The notes below the pieces were generated by a model. The model was not told the DNA's origin, made no database searches, and worked only from the letters and a program-made list of their open reading frames with translations. Of a DNA stretch of 56,755 bases, positions 28,779-39,829 are shown piece by piece; the first letter of the stretch is position 1, and each line of letters begins with the position of its first letter. A program made the translations under genes and the position numbers. The stretch is from a virus (Duplodnaviria; Caudoviricetes), in IMG/VR virus record IMGVR_UViG_3300042879_002674, positions 1 through 56,755 of that record. The stretch is one strand, 5' to 3'.

Positions 28779-31700
28779 TTATCCTGGTATAAATGCAGTT
28801 GGTATTCCTGGTGGGTTAATGTTAAGTATACTTCCTGTGTCAAACCATAAATATATTTCTCCTTGGTTTGGTGAAGTATTAATATTTAAAAAGTCTTCTA
28901 ATGATGTTATAGTACTTACATATAATGTAGGAGTATATGTATTTTGGGTTGTAGAAGGATATTTAAACTCATTATCTGGGTTTAATTCTCCGTCTGTCAC
29001 TACAAATTCAGTTCCTGGTAGTTCACCATTGTAAAACTCATATTGTGATGATTGAGAAATATATGATATACCTGTTGGGCCCTCATATGTTTGTATCCAA
29101 TCTTGAGCAAATGTAGTAGTATTATATTGATTAAATGTACCTCCAGTACTACCACTTATAAACGCTGTTTGTATAGATCCACTATAATCTAATTCTTCCC
29201 ATTCAACTTGCGGTTGGGGGTATTTATTTCTTTCTAATAAATGTTGTTTAATAACTACACCTGATGTTAGACTTGTTCTTGCGGGAACAAAATCTTTAAT
29301 CATTTTAAATAATGAATTATCAAAATATTTAATTAATCTTACATAGTCTGTTAAATCATAAGTATCAAAATATTTTTGAAAGAAATTATTACTTAAAGTA
29401 TTTAAGTCAGGATATGAAGTAGCAGATGAAGATACTTGTCTTGGATCACCAATATATTCTCCTATATTAAAATATCCTAATGAATCTATAATATCATCAT
29501 TAATTTCATTTTGAGGTGAAAATGCTACTTCTAATAAATTAACATCTGGTGATTCACTACCTAGTGATGGGTATGATTGTTCTATAGAAGTATATTGTGA
29601 TATAACACTTCCTGTAGGTAAACTAGAGGATACAATTTGTATTTTATCTGTTACTCTTCCTTTTAGGCCTACTACAGGTGAGTTTAAGAATCTTGGTCCT
29701 ACATTAACCGCATACCAAGGATTTTTAATTATGTTTATAACAGTATTGTTAGGTCCCCATATGCTACTACTAAATGATTGAGTTGTAGGCCAAGAACCTG
29801 TTACTTTAGGATGGACTGAGGTAAGTCCTGGGCTCCCAGGTATAAGGGAGGATGTAGTGGTTATTAAATCTGCTCCTAATGGTAATCTATGAGCTAAATA
29901 ATTAGCATAGTCTACTTCATTGCTGTAGTCTATAGATTGGGGGTTCATTATAAAATCCTTAAACGAATCCACACTTCCTGTTCTAGCCCAAAATCTTAAT
30001 TCTTGATATGAGCCTGTAAATGGAGTAAAATCACGGCCACTTATATTAACAAAACTATCAGCATTTAAAGTAAAATAACTACCGCTTGGCCAAGCTAAAC
30101 TACTTGTAGTTATAGATGAAGAAGCTAAATACCCTATTTGATTTCCATCATATCCATCATAATATAAGCTATTACCAGCGTATAAAGTATAAGTATTGCC
30201 TGATCTATTAACCATTACTGACCACCATCCTTCATCAAAAAATGGTAAATAAACACTAGCTGTAGCGTTAGGAAAGGAAGTATTAGGGTAAAAATCTAGT
30301 TTAGCAAATTGGTAAGAAGCAGAAGGAGTTGACCCACTATATGAGGCACTGATGTATCCAGAACCAGTATATAATAAAGTTAATCCTGCTTGTATTATGT
30401 TTCCACTTCCAGATGTTATCGAAAATATACTTTGAGAGTGATAGGTGTTAGTTAAGCCAGCAGTTTTAAATCGCAATTGAATACTTTCAGGACGATTATT
30501 ATTAGCACTCCAACTTGGGTGGAGAATGAATGTATTTTCTAACCAGTTAACTCCAATATTATTATCATAAAATGAATCAAAAGCATAATTAAATTGTTGA
30601 TCAAAATAATCATAGGTAGAAGTATCTTTATCTCTACCCCCAAATTCACTAATTCTTAAAACAGTATCAGGTACACCAAAACAATTTATTAAAGCACGTA
30701 AACCAGGTATAGTACCTTTAGTTTTAGCTAAATAAGGTAAGTTATGGTAAATACGTTTATATACTTCTTTATTATAATCATCTATTGGAGTAACAGATGC
30801 TTCATATGAAGCTGTTATATAACTTGTAATTAAGTCTGATCCTGTTGGATGTAAATTTATACCTGTACTACCTGAGTTAAACCCAGTGAATGCGTTAAAT
30901 AAATCATCAGATGTGAAATTATTTTGATATAATTTTATACCAAATGATTTTAATGCTTCAGCTACTAAATCTTTAGAAATACCGTGATCTAATCTATTAT
31001 CAGCATTATAACGATTAGTTACATCTTTATAGTAAGTCCATATATAATCATAATGCTGTCCAACTAATTGTACAAAAGAATAATATGGTGAGTTTCTTTC
31101 ATCATCACGTATATATTCAGGTATAGTGTAGTATAAATAATCTTGATTATTCTCATCATATATGGAAGCACTAAGTAATCTTCCTCCATAATATATAGAT
31201 GTAGGATCAGAACTACCTAACCAATTTAAAACTTGAGTACTACCTGTTGAGTATAAAGTATATGGTACAGTACTATTGGATTTAGGCCACATATATGAGC
31301 CTGATTCGTAGTACATATAATATTCATACCCATCAAAATTTTGAATTATATCTGTTATTTTGTTTTGGATAATAACAGAACTTGTTAATGATGATGTAAC
31401 ACTAGATAATGAGTTTAACTCATTATTGTATGTCTCTATTTGTTTTATTTTATAATAAAAATTATTTAGTCTTACTTCAGCTGAGGAAAAATGTATAAAA
31501 TTAGAAAAATCAGTGTAATCAAGACTGATGTCAATGGCTTTTTCTTCTAGTATACTTTTTATTTGATTTATAGATGAAGTAAGAGTATTAGATAATAATG
31601 AATTGTAATCAGTATAATCTGTTGAATTATTTATCCTATCTTGTATATTTAAATTAAAATTTGGGCCTTTTATATCAAATGTTACTATTGGAGGTGTTAC

Positions 31701-32351
31701 AAGTTCTGGGGTGGAACTTATATTAAATGCTAAAGAATCAGCTATTTTAGTTACAACCCAGAAATCAGAGTTAATAGTAAGATTAGAAGGAAGTGGATTA
31801 TATAAATTAATTAATATATCATTTGTAGTAGGATTAACTTGTATATTGTTAGCTACTAATAATATATTATCACCAAAATTTAAATAAAAATCATTAAAAT
31901 AAAAAGAAGTATTATTACTAGTGAAATTATTAACTATAAGAACAGGATCAATTGATGGAGAAGTATATTTAACAATTAATTCAGTTCTATCCGCTGATAT
32001 ACTTTTTATGAAAAGACCTTTGTTTGTAGGATCAGTTAATAATTCATTTCTATAAAAATTATAATATACATTGTAATCACCAGATGTAATTCCTCTACGA
32101 TTTATATCAACTATTGGATCTATTTCTATAGAACTAATATTGTTTGATACAACTGTACCATCTGTAGGAAATGAGTAAGTATTATAATTATAATCTACAG
32201 TTTGAAAAGAATTATTTGTTGTGGAAATTACATACTCAATATAATCTGTAGATGGGTTAAATGTGGCCTCAATTTGAGTTGGAGAGATTAATCTTTCATC
32301 CTGTAGGGAATAAGGAGAAGAAGAAAATATTTGAGATACAGTTATAGCCAT
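28779..32351 (-). CDS. Large baseplate protein (gp7/gpI-like motif, possible LamG-like domain)
   Basis: 1190 aa; NLPYLAKTKGT..GLRALINCFG; WWSVMVNR...FTGSYQELRFW. Confidence 0.6.
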   Translation of the reverse strand: MAITVSQIFSSSPYSLQDERLISPTQIEATFNPSTDYIEYVISTTNNSFQTVDYNYNTYSFPTDGTVVSNNISSIEIDPIVDINRRGITSGDYNVYYNFYRNELLTDPTNKGLFIKSISADRTELIVKYTSPSIDPVLIVNNFTSNNTSFYFNDFYLNFGDNILLVANNIQVNPTTNDILINLYNPLPSNLTINSDFWVVTKIADSLAFNISSTPELVTPPIVTFDIKGPNFNLNIQDRINNSTDYTDYNSLLSNTLTSSINQIKSILEEKAIDISLDYTDFSNFIHFSSAEVRLNNFYYKIKQIETYNNELNSLSSVTSSLTSSVIIQNKITDIIQNFDGYEYYMYYESGSYMWPKSNSTVPYTLYSTGSTQVLNWLGSSDPTSIYYGGRLLSASIYDENNQDYLYYTIPEYIRDDERNSPYYSFVQLVGQHYDYIWTYYKDVTNRYNADNRLDHGISKDLVAEALKSFGIKLYQNNFTSDDLFNAFTGFNSGSTGINLHPTGSDLITSYITASYEASVTPIDDYNKEVYKRIYHNLPYLAKTKGTIPGLRALINCFGVPDTVLRISEFGGRDKDTSTYDYFDQQFNYAFDSFYDNNIGVNWLENTFILHPSWSANNNRPESIQLRFKTAGLTNTYHSQSIFSITSGSGNIIQAGLTLLYTGSGYISASYSGSTPSASYQFAKLDFYPNTSFPNATASVYLPFFDEGWWSVMVNRSGNTYTLYAGNSLYYDGYDGNQIGYLASSSITTSSLAWPSGSYFTLNADSFVNISGRDFTPFTGSYQELRFWARTGSVDSFKDFIMNPQSIDYSNEVDYANYLAHRLPLGADLITTTSSLIPGSPGLTSVHPKVTGSWPTTQSFSSSIWGPNNTVINIIKNPWYAVNVGPRFLNSPVVGLKGRVTDKIQIVSSSLPTGSVISQYTSIEQSYPSLGSESPDVNLLEVAFSPQNEINDDIIDSLGYFNIGEYIGDPRQVSSSATSYPDLNTLSNNFFQKYFDTYDLTDYVRLIKYFDNSLFKMIKDFVPARTSLTSGVVIKQHLLERNKYPQPQVEWEELDYSGSIQTAFISGSTGGTFNQYNTTTFAQDWIQTYEGPTGISYISQSSQYEFYNGELPGTEFVVTDGELNPDNEFKYPSTTQNTYTPTLYVSTITSLEDFLNINTSPNQGEIYLWFDTGSILNINPPGIPTAFIPG

Positions 32352-32354
32352 TTG

Positions 32355-32702
32355 TTATATATTTAAACTAGATGAAATTTGAGTATTAATTAATCTTTGT
32401 TGAGACTCTAATAATTGTTGTCTTAAAGATGTTATTTCATCTAATAAAAGTTGAGTTTCATCATTTGGGGCCGCAGCGTTTATATATTCTCCACTAGTTT
32501 TAACCAAATATTCATGTGAATTAATAGAACCATTAGTTGGAATATCATAAAATATCTTATTATAATATTCAAAAAATTGTTCCACAGTTATAGTATCTTC
32601 AACCGGGGGTGGTGGTGGTTGGAGTTGAGTAAAAGAAGTGTCAATAACATTGACATATTCTCTTTTATTATAAACTGTTTTATTTAAACTATAATTAGCC
32701 AT
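32355..32702 (-). CDS. Hypothetical structural-module protein
   Basis: 115 aa with a C-terminal coiled coil. Confidence 0.6.
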   Translation of the reverse strand: MANYSLNKTVYNKREYVNVIDTSFTQLQPPPPPVEDTITVEQFFEYYNKIFYDIPTNGSINSHEYLVKTSGEYINAAAPNDETQLLLDEITSLRQQLLESQQRLINTQISSSLNI

Positions 32703-33783
32703 TTATTACTTTAAAAGTATAGTTATCATCAAATATTAAAGTATTACCATTTATGGTAGTTTTAATTAATATATTATAATATCTTTCAGGTTCTAGACCA
32801 TTCATATATAATGTAAAATAACTTCCACTAGTATCCACACTTAATTGAGTAAATTGATTATCAAAATCTATTACATATTCATTAGTATAAGTATCTTTAA
32901 TAGCATAATATGATGCTGTAGGTAGATAGTAATTTTGAGTGAAATAAGAAGAAGTAGCAAATACTCTAGCTGGGTATTCAGGTCTACTATTTACTCTAAA
33001 TTCGTTAATACTATTAGGGTAAAAAGTTCCTGGGTTATTATCTACAGATATAGTCGCTGGGAGTATGTTTAGTTCAGTTAGTGAACCAGTACTAAATGAG
33101 TAGTCTCTCCATTTTATTTCTAATTGTGGAGGATAAATAGTGTGAGTATCTCTTGAAAAATAATCTAAATTAATGTTATATAAAAGATTATCTACAAATT
33201 CAACAGCTTGTTTAATAATAAAACCATTATTAGCTATGGATCCTGAGAACCAGTCATCAACAATTGGTGTTACATCTATATTTATATCTTTATCATCATA
33301 GTATGAGAATGACTGTGTATAAGCGGTGGTATACCAATTACCTCCACCACTCACGGAACCATATGATCCTGTTACTCCTGCTGGGAAACCTGATGTTCTC
33401 CAAGTTCCACTACCTGAGGATAGTCTACTATACCAACTTACTCCATTAGTATACTCTGGTGAGTAAGCATACTTACCAGTACCCATATTCCATGAGCCTG
33501 TCACAGCATATACTTCTAAAGTAGTATCTGAGTTTAATCCATTAACTTCAGATATGAATCCTCTTAAAGAAGCACTCCATATTGAACTATTTACTCTATT
33601 AGTAATAACATCAGCTATCTCTGTTGATGAGAACTGGATTAATGTTCTGGCAGCTTGTGTGTTACCACTGTCTTGAGCATCTTCAATACTTACAGATAAT
33701 ATTTCATTTAGTCCTGTGTTTTTGTCAGGATATCTAGAATATATTGTAGCGTCTTGTGAAGGAAATAATTTGTATACAGCCAT
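32695..33783 (-). CDS. DNRLRE/CBM96-like domain virion protein
   Basis: DATIY...N.G...RTLIQF...SASLR...W...DVTPIV..W...NNGFIIK...SRD...PQLEI. Confidence 0.6.
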   Translation of the reverse strand: MAVYKLFPSQDATIYSRYPDKNTGLNEILSVSIEDAQDSGNTQAARTLIQFSSTEIADVITNRVNSSIWSASLRGFISEVNGLNSDTTLEVYAVTGSWNMGTGKYAYSPEYTNGVSWYSRLSSGSGTWRTSGFPAGVTGSYGSVSGGGNWYTTAYTQSFSYYDDKDINIDVTPIVDDWFSGSIANNGFIIKQAVEFVDNLLYNINLDYFSRDTHTIYPPQLEIKWRDYSFSTGSLTELNILPATISVDNNPGTFYPNSINEFRVNSRPEYPARVFATSSYFTQNYYLPTASYYAIKDTYTNEYVIDFDNQFTQLSVDTSGSYFTLYMNGLEPERYYNILIKTTINGNTLIFDDNYTFKVING

Positions 33784-33802
33784 TTGTTATAAATATAAAG
33801 TA

Positions 33803-35665
33803 TTAAAAAGATACAACTTTACCTTTAATATCATTGTTAGGGTATTTTACCTCAAATATCATTGGGTCTAAACTTGGGTAAATAACACTATTTTGAGTAG
33901 CACCTGCTATATCATAAGCATATTCTGAGTATCCTAATATGGCTCCAGTTTTATTAGTTATATTTACATTTTTAACAGTTTGTACTCCCTCTACTTTGTC
34001 TAAAAGGAGATAAATATCTTTTAATATAATAGGTTCATTTATTTGCCAATTATTTAAATTAAAAAACTGCTGTAATTGAGTGATACAATTAAATAAAACC
34101 TCATTACTATTATATTGAGGATAGACTGTGATATCAAAATCTGCACCTATATTAATAATAAAAGCATCTTTAATTTTAATAGAATCATTTATTACTCTAT
34201 ATTGTGATAAATAAGTTGATAAATTTTGTTTTAAAGCTGGTGAGGCTTGGGTTAACTTACCATTAGCGTCATATGATAATATAAATAAATCTAATACTGA
34301 AGGTGTTTCCCCAGGAAGTAATGATGATATTTTTTGGGTTTCTATATAAGCTTTTGATATTGATCCATAATCTGGTGGTAAACTCATAGCTCTGATTAAG
34401 TAATCATCTAATGTTACACTCCTTTGTTGGGTTGTAAAACTAGCTAAAGAGTTTAGTCTTATTTGTTCAGTTGTGTCCCCAGTTGATCCACCATTAGCCG
34501 CTAAAGGATTATTTGTAGAAACAGAATTAAATACATATTGAGCTAAAGTAGGATCTAATCCATTATTTAGTTTAATATTATTTTTATTAGTAATAATATT
34601 TAATAAGCCTGAGGCTACATTAGATGTCACTCCTCCTCCGGTTAAATATCTTACTGTTAAAGTAGTATTACTTGGGGCTATACCATAAGTATCAGTGTAT
34701 AAAAAATTAGTAGGTGAAAATGCTGTGGTTAATAATGATCTTTTATAAGGTAAACCTAATCCTATATTATCTGGGTTAGGGGTGATTTCTTCATCAACAT
34801 TTGATGTATTTGTACCAGCACCAAATTGTACTTGTAAAGTAGTAGGTGTTGTGAAACGAGTTACAAATCTACGTGGGGTTTTCTTTAATTGTAATAAAAA
34901 TGGTATATCACCTTGATCTACAGAGAAATTAGGATTATTAATATTAGTATTTTTAATAGTATCATAAATCATTTCTTGCGCTAGGTATGGTACTTCATAC
35001 CAAGTATTACCATCACTATCTACTATATCTAATATTTTAATTATATTAGAGTCTTCAATTTCTATAGTTGGGTATTTTTCAACAGCTCCAAATGAAAATG
35101 TTGCAGTTTTTAATTCAGCAGAGATAGCTTTTCTAGTCTTTTTTAATAAAAAGTAATCAACATTATTACCAGTTGTTTGATAAATAGTTGAGGTTGTTGG
35201 GTCTTGAGAGCTTGAAAATGAAAAATCTACAGAATCTTGTATTAAAAAAGATACATTTTGATTTAATGAAGTATTAATTTGAGTATTTTCAAGTAATTGA
35301 ATAGTATAATTATAATCAGGGACATAGTTTGTACCTGAAAGAATCGCTGGGATTTGTTGGTATACATCTACGTCAACTATAGAGACTCCTGTAATTTTAG
35401 GTCTATATCCTAACATATACGCTAATGAGTATATGTTGTTTTGCTGTCTAGTAAATTGAATAAAATTTTCTTGAATTTGGTTATCAAGATAAAAAGATAA
35501 TACATCACCTACATATGCTGACATTTCCAGGAACATAGTACCTGGTGAGCTAGGAGTAAAGTTGGCATATGTTGTTGGGAAGTAGGTTTTAGAGAATTCA
35601 GTTAATGCACTTTTAAATTCACTAAAATCTTTATTAATATATTTAACGTCAATATTTTCAGCCAT
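33803..35665 (-). CDS. Baseplate wedge protein (T4 gp6/baseplate J-like)
   Basis: KDFSEFKSAL...SPG..FLEM.AYVGDVLSFYLD; QFGAG; GG...T.EQIR...QQRSVTLDDY. Confidence 0.85.
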   Translation of the reverse strand: MAENIDVKYINKDFSEFKSALTEFSKTYFPTTYANFTPSSPGTMFLEMSAYVGDVLSFYLDNQIQENFIQFTRQQNNIYSLAYMLGYRPKITGVSIVDVDVYQQIPAILSGTNYVPDYNYTIQLLENTQINTSLNQNVSFLIQDSVDFSFSSSQDPTTSTIYQTTGNNVDYFLLKKTRKAISAELKTATFSFGAVEKYPTIEIEDSNIIKILDIVDSDGNTWYEVPYLAQEMIYDTIKNTNINNPNFSVDQGDIPFLLQLKKTPRRFVTRFTTPTTLQVQFGAGTNTSNVDEEITPNPDNIGLGLPYKRSLLTTAFSPTNFLYTDTYGIAPSNTTLTVRYLTGGGVTSNVASGLLNIITNKNNIKLNNGLDPTLAQYVFNSVSTNNPLAANGGSTGDTTEQIRLNSLASFTTQQRSVTLDDYLIRAMSLPPDYGSISKAYIETQKISSLLPGETPSVLDLFILSYDANGKLTQASPALKQNLSTYLSQYRVINDSIKIKDAFIINIGADFDITVYPQYNSNEVLFNCITQLQQFFNLNNWQINEPIILKDIYLLLDKVEGVQTVKNVNITNKTGAILGYSEYAYDIAGATQNSVIYPSLDPMIFEVKYPNNDIKGKVVSF

Positions 35666-35666
35666 G

Positions 35667-36083
35667 TTATAAGGTTATGTCTATAGAATTATTATTCCCA
35701 GCGAATGAATAATCAATAACTATATTAATAGAATTAATATCATGATCTGGGGTTATGATTACATCATTTGTAATTACTTGTGGGAAGTTTACTTTTAAAC
35801 CATCTATGATTTGTAATTTAAGATTATTTAAATTTATCCCTGTTATATTTTGAAAAACAAATCTTCTTAAATCACTACCATAATTTGGATTAAGAACACG
35901 TTCATTTTTATTAGTTAATATATAATTAATAATATCTGATCTTAATTGTTCTGTGGTAGTATAAGTTGAACTAAATACAGCATCTGATCCACTAATTATA
36001 GAACCAACAAATGGGACACTTACCCCAACTGCTAACTTATAATCAAGATCTAATGGATTATTATTTTCTATTCTATATGCCAT
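35667..36083 (-). CDS. Baseplate gp25/GPW-like protein
   Basis: ILTNKNERVLNPNYGSDLRRFVF motif; adjacent to the wedge gene. Confidence 0.8.
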   Translation of the reverse strand: MAYRIENNNPLDLDYKLAVGVSVPFVGSIISGSDAVFSSTYTTTEQLRSDIINYILTNKNERVLNPNYGSDLRRFVFQNITGINLNNLKLQIIDGLKVNFPQVITNDVIITPDHDINSINIVIDYSFAGNNNSIDITL

Positions 36084-36445
36084 TATTTAGTATTCATTAA
36101 TCCCATTATTTGGTCTAAACCTACTTCACCACCAGGTAAACTTGATCCTTCACCTATAGTGCTCACTGGGGGTGGTGTATATGCCGGTTGAGCATGTGAT
36201 GAATTAGCAGTAATGACTGTGTCAAATTCACCCCCAATCATATTTCTTAGATTACGTCTAAGATCATGATTTACAGTAGTACCATTTGATTGAATATTAA
36301 CTGTTGAAGGTGAGACAGGAACATATGTTTCCTGTACTACTGTTTTAGGTGATTTAACTGCTTCAAGTAGAATGTCTTTTAACTCTTCTTGAATTGCTTC
36401 ACGTACTGCTTCTTTTATTAATTTTTTTAGTCCGTCGATTTTCAT
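36083..36445 (-). CDS. Hypothetical protein
   Basis: Leader LKKLIKEAVREAIQEELKDILLE. Confidence 0.65.
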   Translation of the reverse strand: MKIDGLKKLIKEAVREAIQEELKDILLEAVKSPKTVVQETYVPVSPSTVNIQSNGTTVNHDLRRNLRNMIGGEFDTVITANSSHAQPAYTPPPVSTIGEGSSLPGGEVGLDQIMGLMNTK

Positions 36446-36463
36446 ATGTTTATAAATATTTAA

Positions 36464-37861
36464 TTATTCAGCTGTTACGCTGGGGTTTGAATCTATTATA
36501 AATTTTAATTGGGATATTAATACTGCTGGGTCAGATGCGAATGATGAATCAGTTTTTAATACATCTACACCTTGTTTGTTTTGGGCTACAGCATATCGTC
36601 TAATGTATTTACTTTTGTTTTTTTCATCAATTTTAACTCCTAAAGTAAATCCTTTATAAGTATTATTTTCACTTTGTGTAATGGCTACTGTAGGATTAGC
36701 TAAAGCATTGATTTCATCATTTATAGTTTCAAAATCCATATTTTGATCTTGAGCACAAAATTGTAATATTACATCTAATATACTTAAAAATTTTAAAATT
36801 GTTCCTAATAATATGCTAAATGAACCAACTGTTATATTTATAGATCCAATATTTTTATCTAAAACTTTAAGTTCATTTTCTAATTTAGCTACATAAGAAG
36901 CTATGGTAGTTTGAATCCCAGAAGTTAAGGGTGGAAATGTTGGGGGAAAACCAGTAGCAGGATATGGGTTGGATTTAGCTAATTGAATTCCTAATTGTAA
37001 TGTTGTTGCTATTGTATTTGTTATACCTAAAAAAGTTGTTAATGTAGATGTTGTTTTATAAATTCCATTTATCTGAGTAACTAAAGCATTACGTTGTCTA
37101 ATAATAGATTGTATTTTAGATGATGATGGACAGTCTATTAAAGTGATTAATTGTTCTACAGGAATTAAAGCTAATAATGATGGGGCTGCTCCTTTAGTTA
37201 ACGATTGTAATTTTTCTTTATCTTTAGCTGTGTTTTTAGCTGAGTTGGCTGTGTCTTTGGCTGCGTTAATTTTAGCTTGAGCTTCATCTTTTTTAGCTTG
37301 AGCATTTGCTTTTATAGAATCAACTGAAGAGTCTCCACTTATACCTAGTTGAGAAACTACTATAGGTATAATTTGTGGTGCCATAGGAGTAATTAATCCT
37401 ATAACAAATGGGATTAATCTTTTTTTAATAGTTGATTTTTGGCTATTAATAAAATTAGTAAACCTAACTTCAGGTGGTAGATCTGAGTTTAATGCTTGGG
37501 TTAATGCTTGGTTATCTTGAATTAATATCTCTTTATTAGTTTTAGCTATATTTAAAGCTGTTTCGTCTGTTACTTCAGACATTGTTGTTCTAGGAAGTTC
37601 ATATACAACATTATTCCCCCCAGTACTTGATTGATCTTGTGAGCCTTCAACAGTATATGGTAGTGGTTCGCCTGAGTTAGGGTCAACTATGTTATTAGCT
37701 AATAATATTTCTCTAGCTGCTCCTACTTCAGTGTTGCCCATTCTTGATGGACCATTAATAACTTGCCCATCAGGAGTAGTTAATATAGCAGATAATTCAG
37801 GACCACGTTTTTTAAACGTGATAGTACTTCCGTCACTAACTTTATATATAGGTGTACTCAT
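36464..37861 (-). CDS. Hypothetical helical protein
   Basis: 465 aa with coiled-coil and hydrophobic helices. Confidence 0.6.
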   Translation of the reverse strand: MSTPIYKVSDGSTITFKKRGPELSAILTTPDGQVINGPSRMGNTEVGAAREILLANNIVDPNSGEPLPYTVEGSQDQSSTGGNNVVYELPRTTMSEVTDETALNIAKTNKEILIQDNQALTQALNSDLPPEVRFTNFINSQKSTIKKRLIPFVIGLITPMAPQIIPIVVSQLGISGDSSVDSIKANAQAKKDEAQAKINAAKDTANSAKNTAKDKEKLQSLTKGAAPSLLALIPVEQLITLIDCPSSSKIQSIIRQRNALVTQINGIYKTTSTLTTFLGITNTIATTLQLGIQLAKSNPYPATGFPPTFPPLTSGIQTTIASYVAKLENELKVLDKNIGSINITVGSFSILLGTILKFLSILDVILQFCAQDQNMDFETINDEINALANPTVAITQSENNTYKGFTLGVKIDEKNKSKYIRRYAVAQNKQGVDVLKTDSSFASDPAVLISQLKFIIDSNPSVTAE

Positions 37862-37903
37862 GTTTGGTTATTTACAATAAATATGCGAAAGATACGAAAT
37901 TAT

Positions 37904-37936
37904 GTTTGGCTTTCCAAGTTATGTTTATTATATTTA
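37904..37936 (+). promoter_or_regulatory. Early/host-type promoter, the only plus-strand copy seen
   Basis: GTTTGGC...TTATATTTA with the same 33-bp span, followed by an AAATAAAGGTTATG leader. Confidence 0.75.
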
Positions 37937-37953
37937 ATATATAAATAAAGGTT

Positions 37954-38283
37954 ATGAAAAAGACATTATTACTCGGTTTGACAGTATGTTTAATTCAATC
38001 ATGTACTGTTTTTAAACATAAACCTAATTGCAGTCAAGATATTGTAGATTTGGTTAATTATGAAGATACAATTAAAGTTGAATTTAAAGGTATTGATTCG
38101 TTAGTCTTTAAAAATAAAGATTACAAACATGTAGCTGATTCATTGATGGTTAACCATAATGATGTTTATATGAGGATTGATGTTCAAAATATTCATACAG
38201 GATATATTCATCGAATTATTTTTAGTAGAGGAACATTTAATCGTTACCCATATGATGAGACTAATTATAAATGGATCAAATAA
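37954..38283 (+). CDS. Putative lipoprotein
   Basis: MKKTLLLGLTVCLIQSC signal peptide/lipobox; has its own promoter and the standard leader. Confidence 0.75.
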   Translation: MKKTLLLGLTVCLIQSCTVFKHKPNCSQDIVDLVNYEDTIKVEFKGIDSLVFKNKDYKHVADSLMVNHNDVYMRIDVQNIHTGYIHRIIFSRGTFNRYPYDETNYKWIK

Positions 38284-38285
38284 TA

Positions 38286-39827
38286 TTAATTATCTGATTT
38301 TATTGAGTTAAGAGCATTAGTTGAAAATACAGCTGGGTTGGTTTCGGTTATTTTGTCTTTGCAGACATCATATTTGAATAACCATATTGTTTCATCTCTA
38401 TTTGATGGGGTTTTACCTTCTAATGTTTCAGAAGCATATGTGACTACAAATGAATTATTTTGTGGTTTGATTTTATATAACTTAAATGCTCCAACTCCTT
38501 CATGACATTTATTAACTCCCCAAAAATCTTTATAATTTTCAGTTCCTGGGGGTTTAAAACAAGTTATGCTAAAAGTTATAATTTTTTCATTTAAACCAGC
38601 AGTTAATTCTTTTAGTTTAGATGAATTAATTATAAATCTATTATATCTATATCCTCCTATTCTTTTAACTTTTGGAGGAGTACTATTATTAATAGGAAAT
38701 AAGTCTCCTTCTTGAAGAAATTTAAATCTTTCTTCATTTTCAGGTGAAGTAGGTGAATTGTACCCTGTAATTATATTTTCGTAATTTTTTACTTCAGTAT
38801 ATATGTTATTAAAATTACTTTCAGCTAAAGACTGAGGTATATTATTATTTAAACTAGCGTAATCATTTCCATCATCTCTTAATAATATTTTATTATTAGC
38901 CTTTACTTGATATGTAGCTGAGTTGCATTGGTGTCCTTTTCCTATATACATTACATCAAATACTAGATTATTAGCTAAACAATCTTTATTAGCGAGTTCA
39001 ACTGTTATACGTGTATATTGATCTTTTTTATATTTAGGTAAATCCGCTGTTCTTGTGACCTCAGTATTAGGGTCTGATGCTTTTAATTCTTCTAGTAATT
39101 GTTTATTTTTAGCTATAACATCAGGTCTTTCTGTTATAGTTAATATATTAGGGTTTATTGGATTTGGAGTATAAAATCTTTCCCAAAGTTCTTGACCTAC
39201 TCTAGTTATATCACCAAATTCAATTATAGGTCTATTATTTACTTTAATATTAGGATTTTCAATATATTTTCTATTTAAAAAATTATCTACATATTTTTGT
39301 AATGCTTCTGCTCTTGCTTTTGCTAAAGATCCAGGTGTTCTTCTAAACTCATCTGTCCTATCAACCCCATCTCCTGTCTCATTATCAGCGTTAGTTACTT
39401 GTGATTCTGAAGAAGTGATAGTAATTTTTGTATTACCAGGGTTATTTTTTATAAACTCAAATAAATCTTCAAGTTCTTGGTTTATTACTTCTTTAGACTC
39501 ATTACTTAATGAATCTACAAGATATGTTCCTGACTCATATAATCCTTGAAGATCAAGAGTACCACCTTTTACAGGATCTATATATCCATTTAATATTTCT
39601 GTTGGTTGAGGATTAGTAACTTGTTTAGCTTCAAGCCCAGATTTAGAAAATGTAACTGTTATATCTTTTGGATCAAGTGATACTGCTAGTAAAATTATCC
39701 ACTTCCCGTTTTCATCTGTTGCAGTAGAATTGTTAGATACAATTCCTGGGCCTGTGATAGTTACTTTAACATCTTTTAATTTTTGTCCATTTGTATCTAA
39801 GACCTGTCCTTCAAATCTATTAGGCAT
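38286..39827 (-). CDS. Protein with a carboxypeptidase-regulatory-like N-terminal domain and a possible OmpA-like domain
   Basis: GQVLDTNGQKLKDVKV...TDENGKW...FSKSG; ITITSSES...LAKARAEAL. Confidence 0.5.
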   Translation of the reverse strand: MPNRFEGQVLDTNGQKLKDVKVTITGPGIVSNNSTATDENGKWIILLAVSLDPKDITVTFSKSGLEAKQVTNPQPTEILNGYIDPVKGGTLDLQGLYESGTYLVDSLSNESKEVINQELEDLFEFIKNNPGNTKITITSSESQVTNADNETGDGVDRTDEFRRTPGSLAKARAEALQKYVDNFLNRKYIENPNIKVNNRPIIEFGDITRVGQELWERFYTPNPINPNILTITERPDVIAKNKQLLEELKASDPNTEVTRTADLPKYKKDQYTRITVELANKDCLANNLVFDVMYIGKGHQCNSATYQVKANNKILLRDDGNDYASLNNNIPQSLAESNFNNIYTEVKNYENIITGYNSPTSPENEERFKFLQEGDLFPINNSTPPKVKRIGGYRYNRFIINSSKLKELTAGLNEKIITFSITCFKPPGTENYKDFWGVNKCHEGVGAFKLYKIKPQNNSFVVTYASETLEGKTPSNRDETIWLFKYDVCKDKITETNPAVFSTNALNSIKSDN

Positions 39828-39829
39828 AG

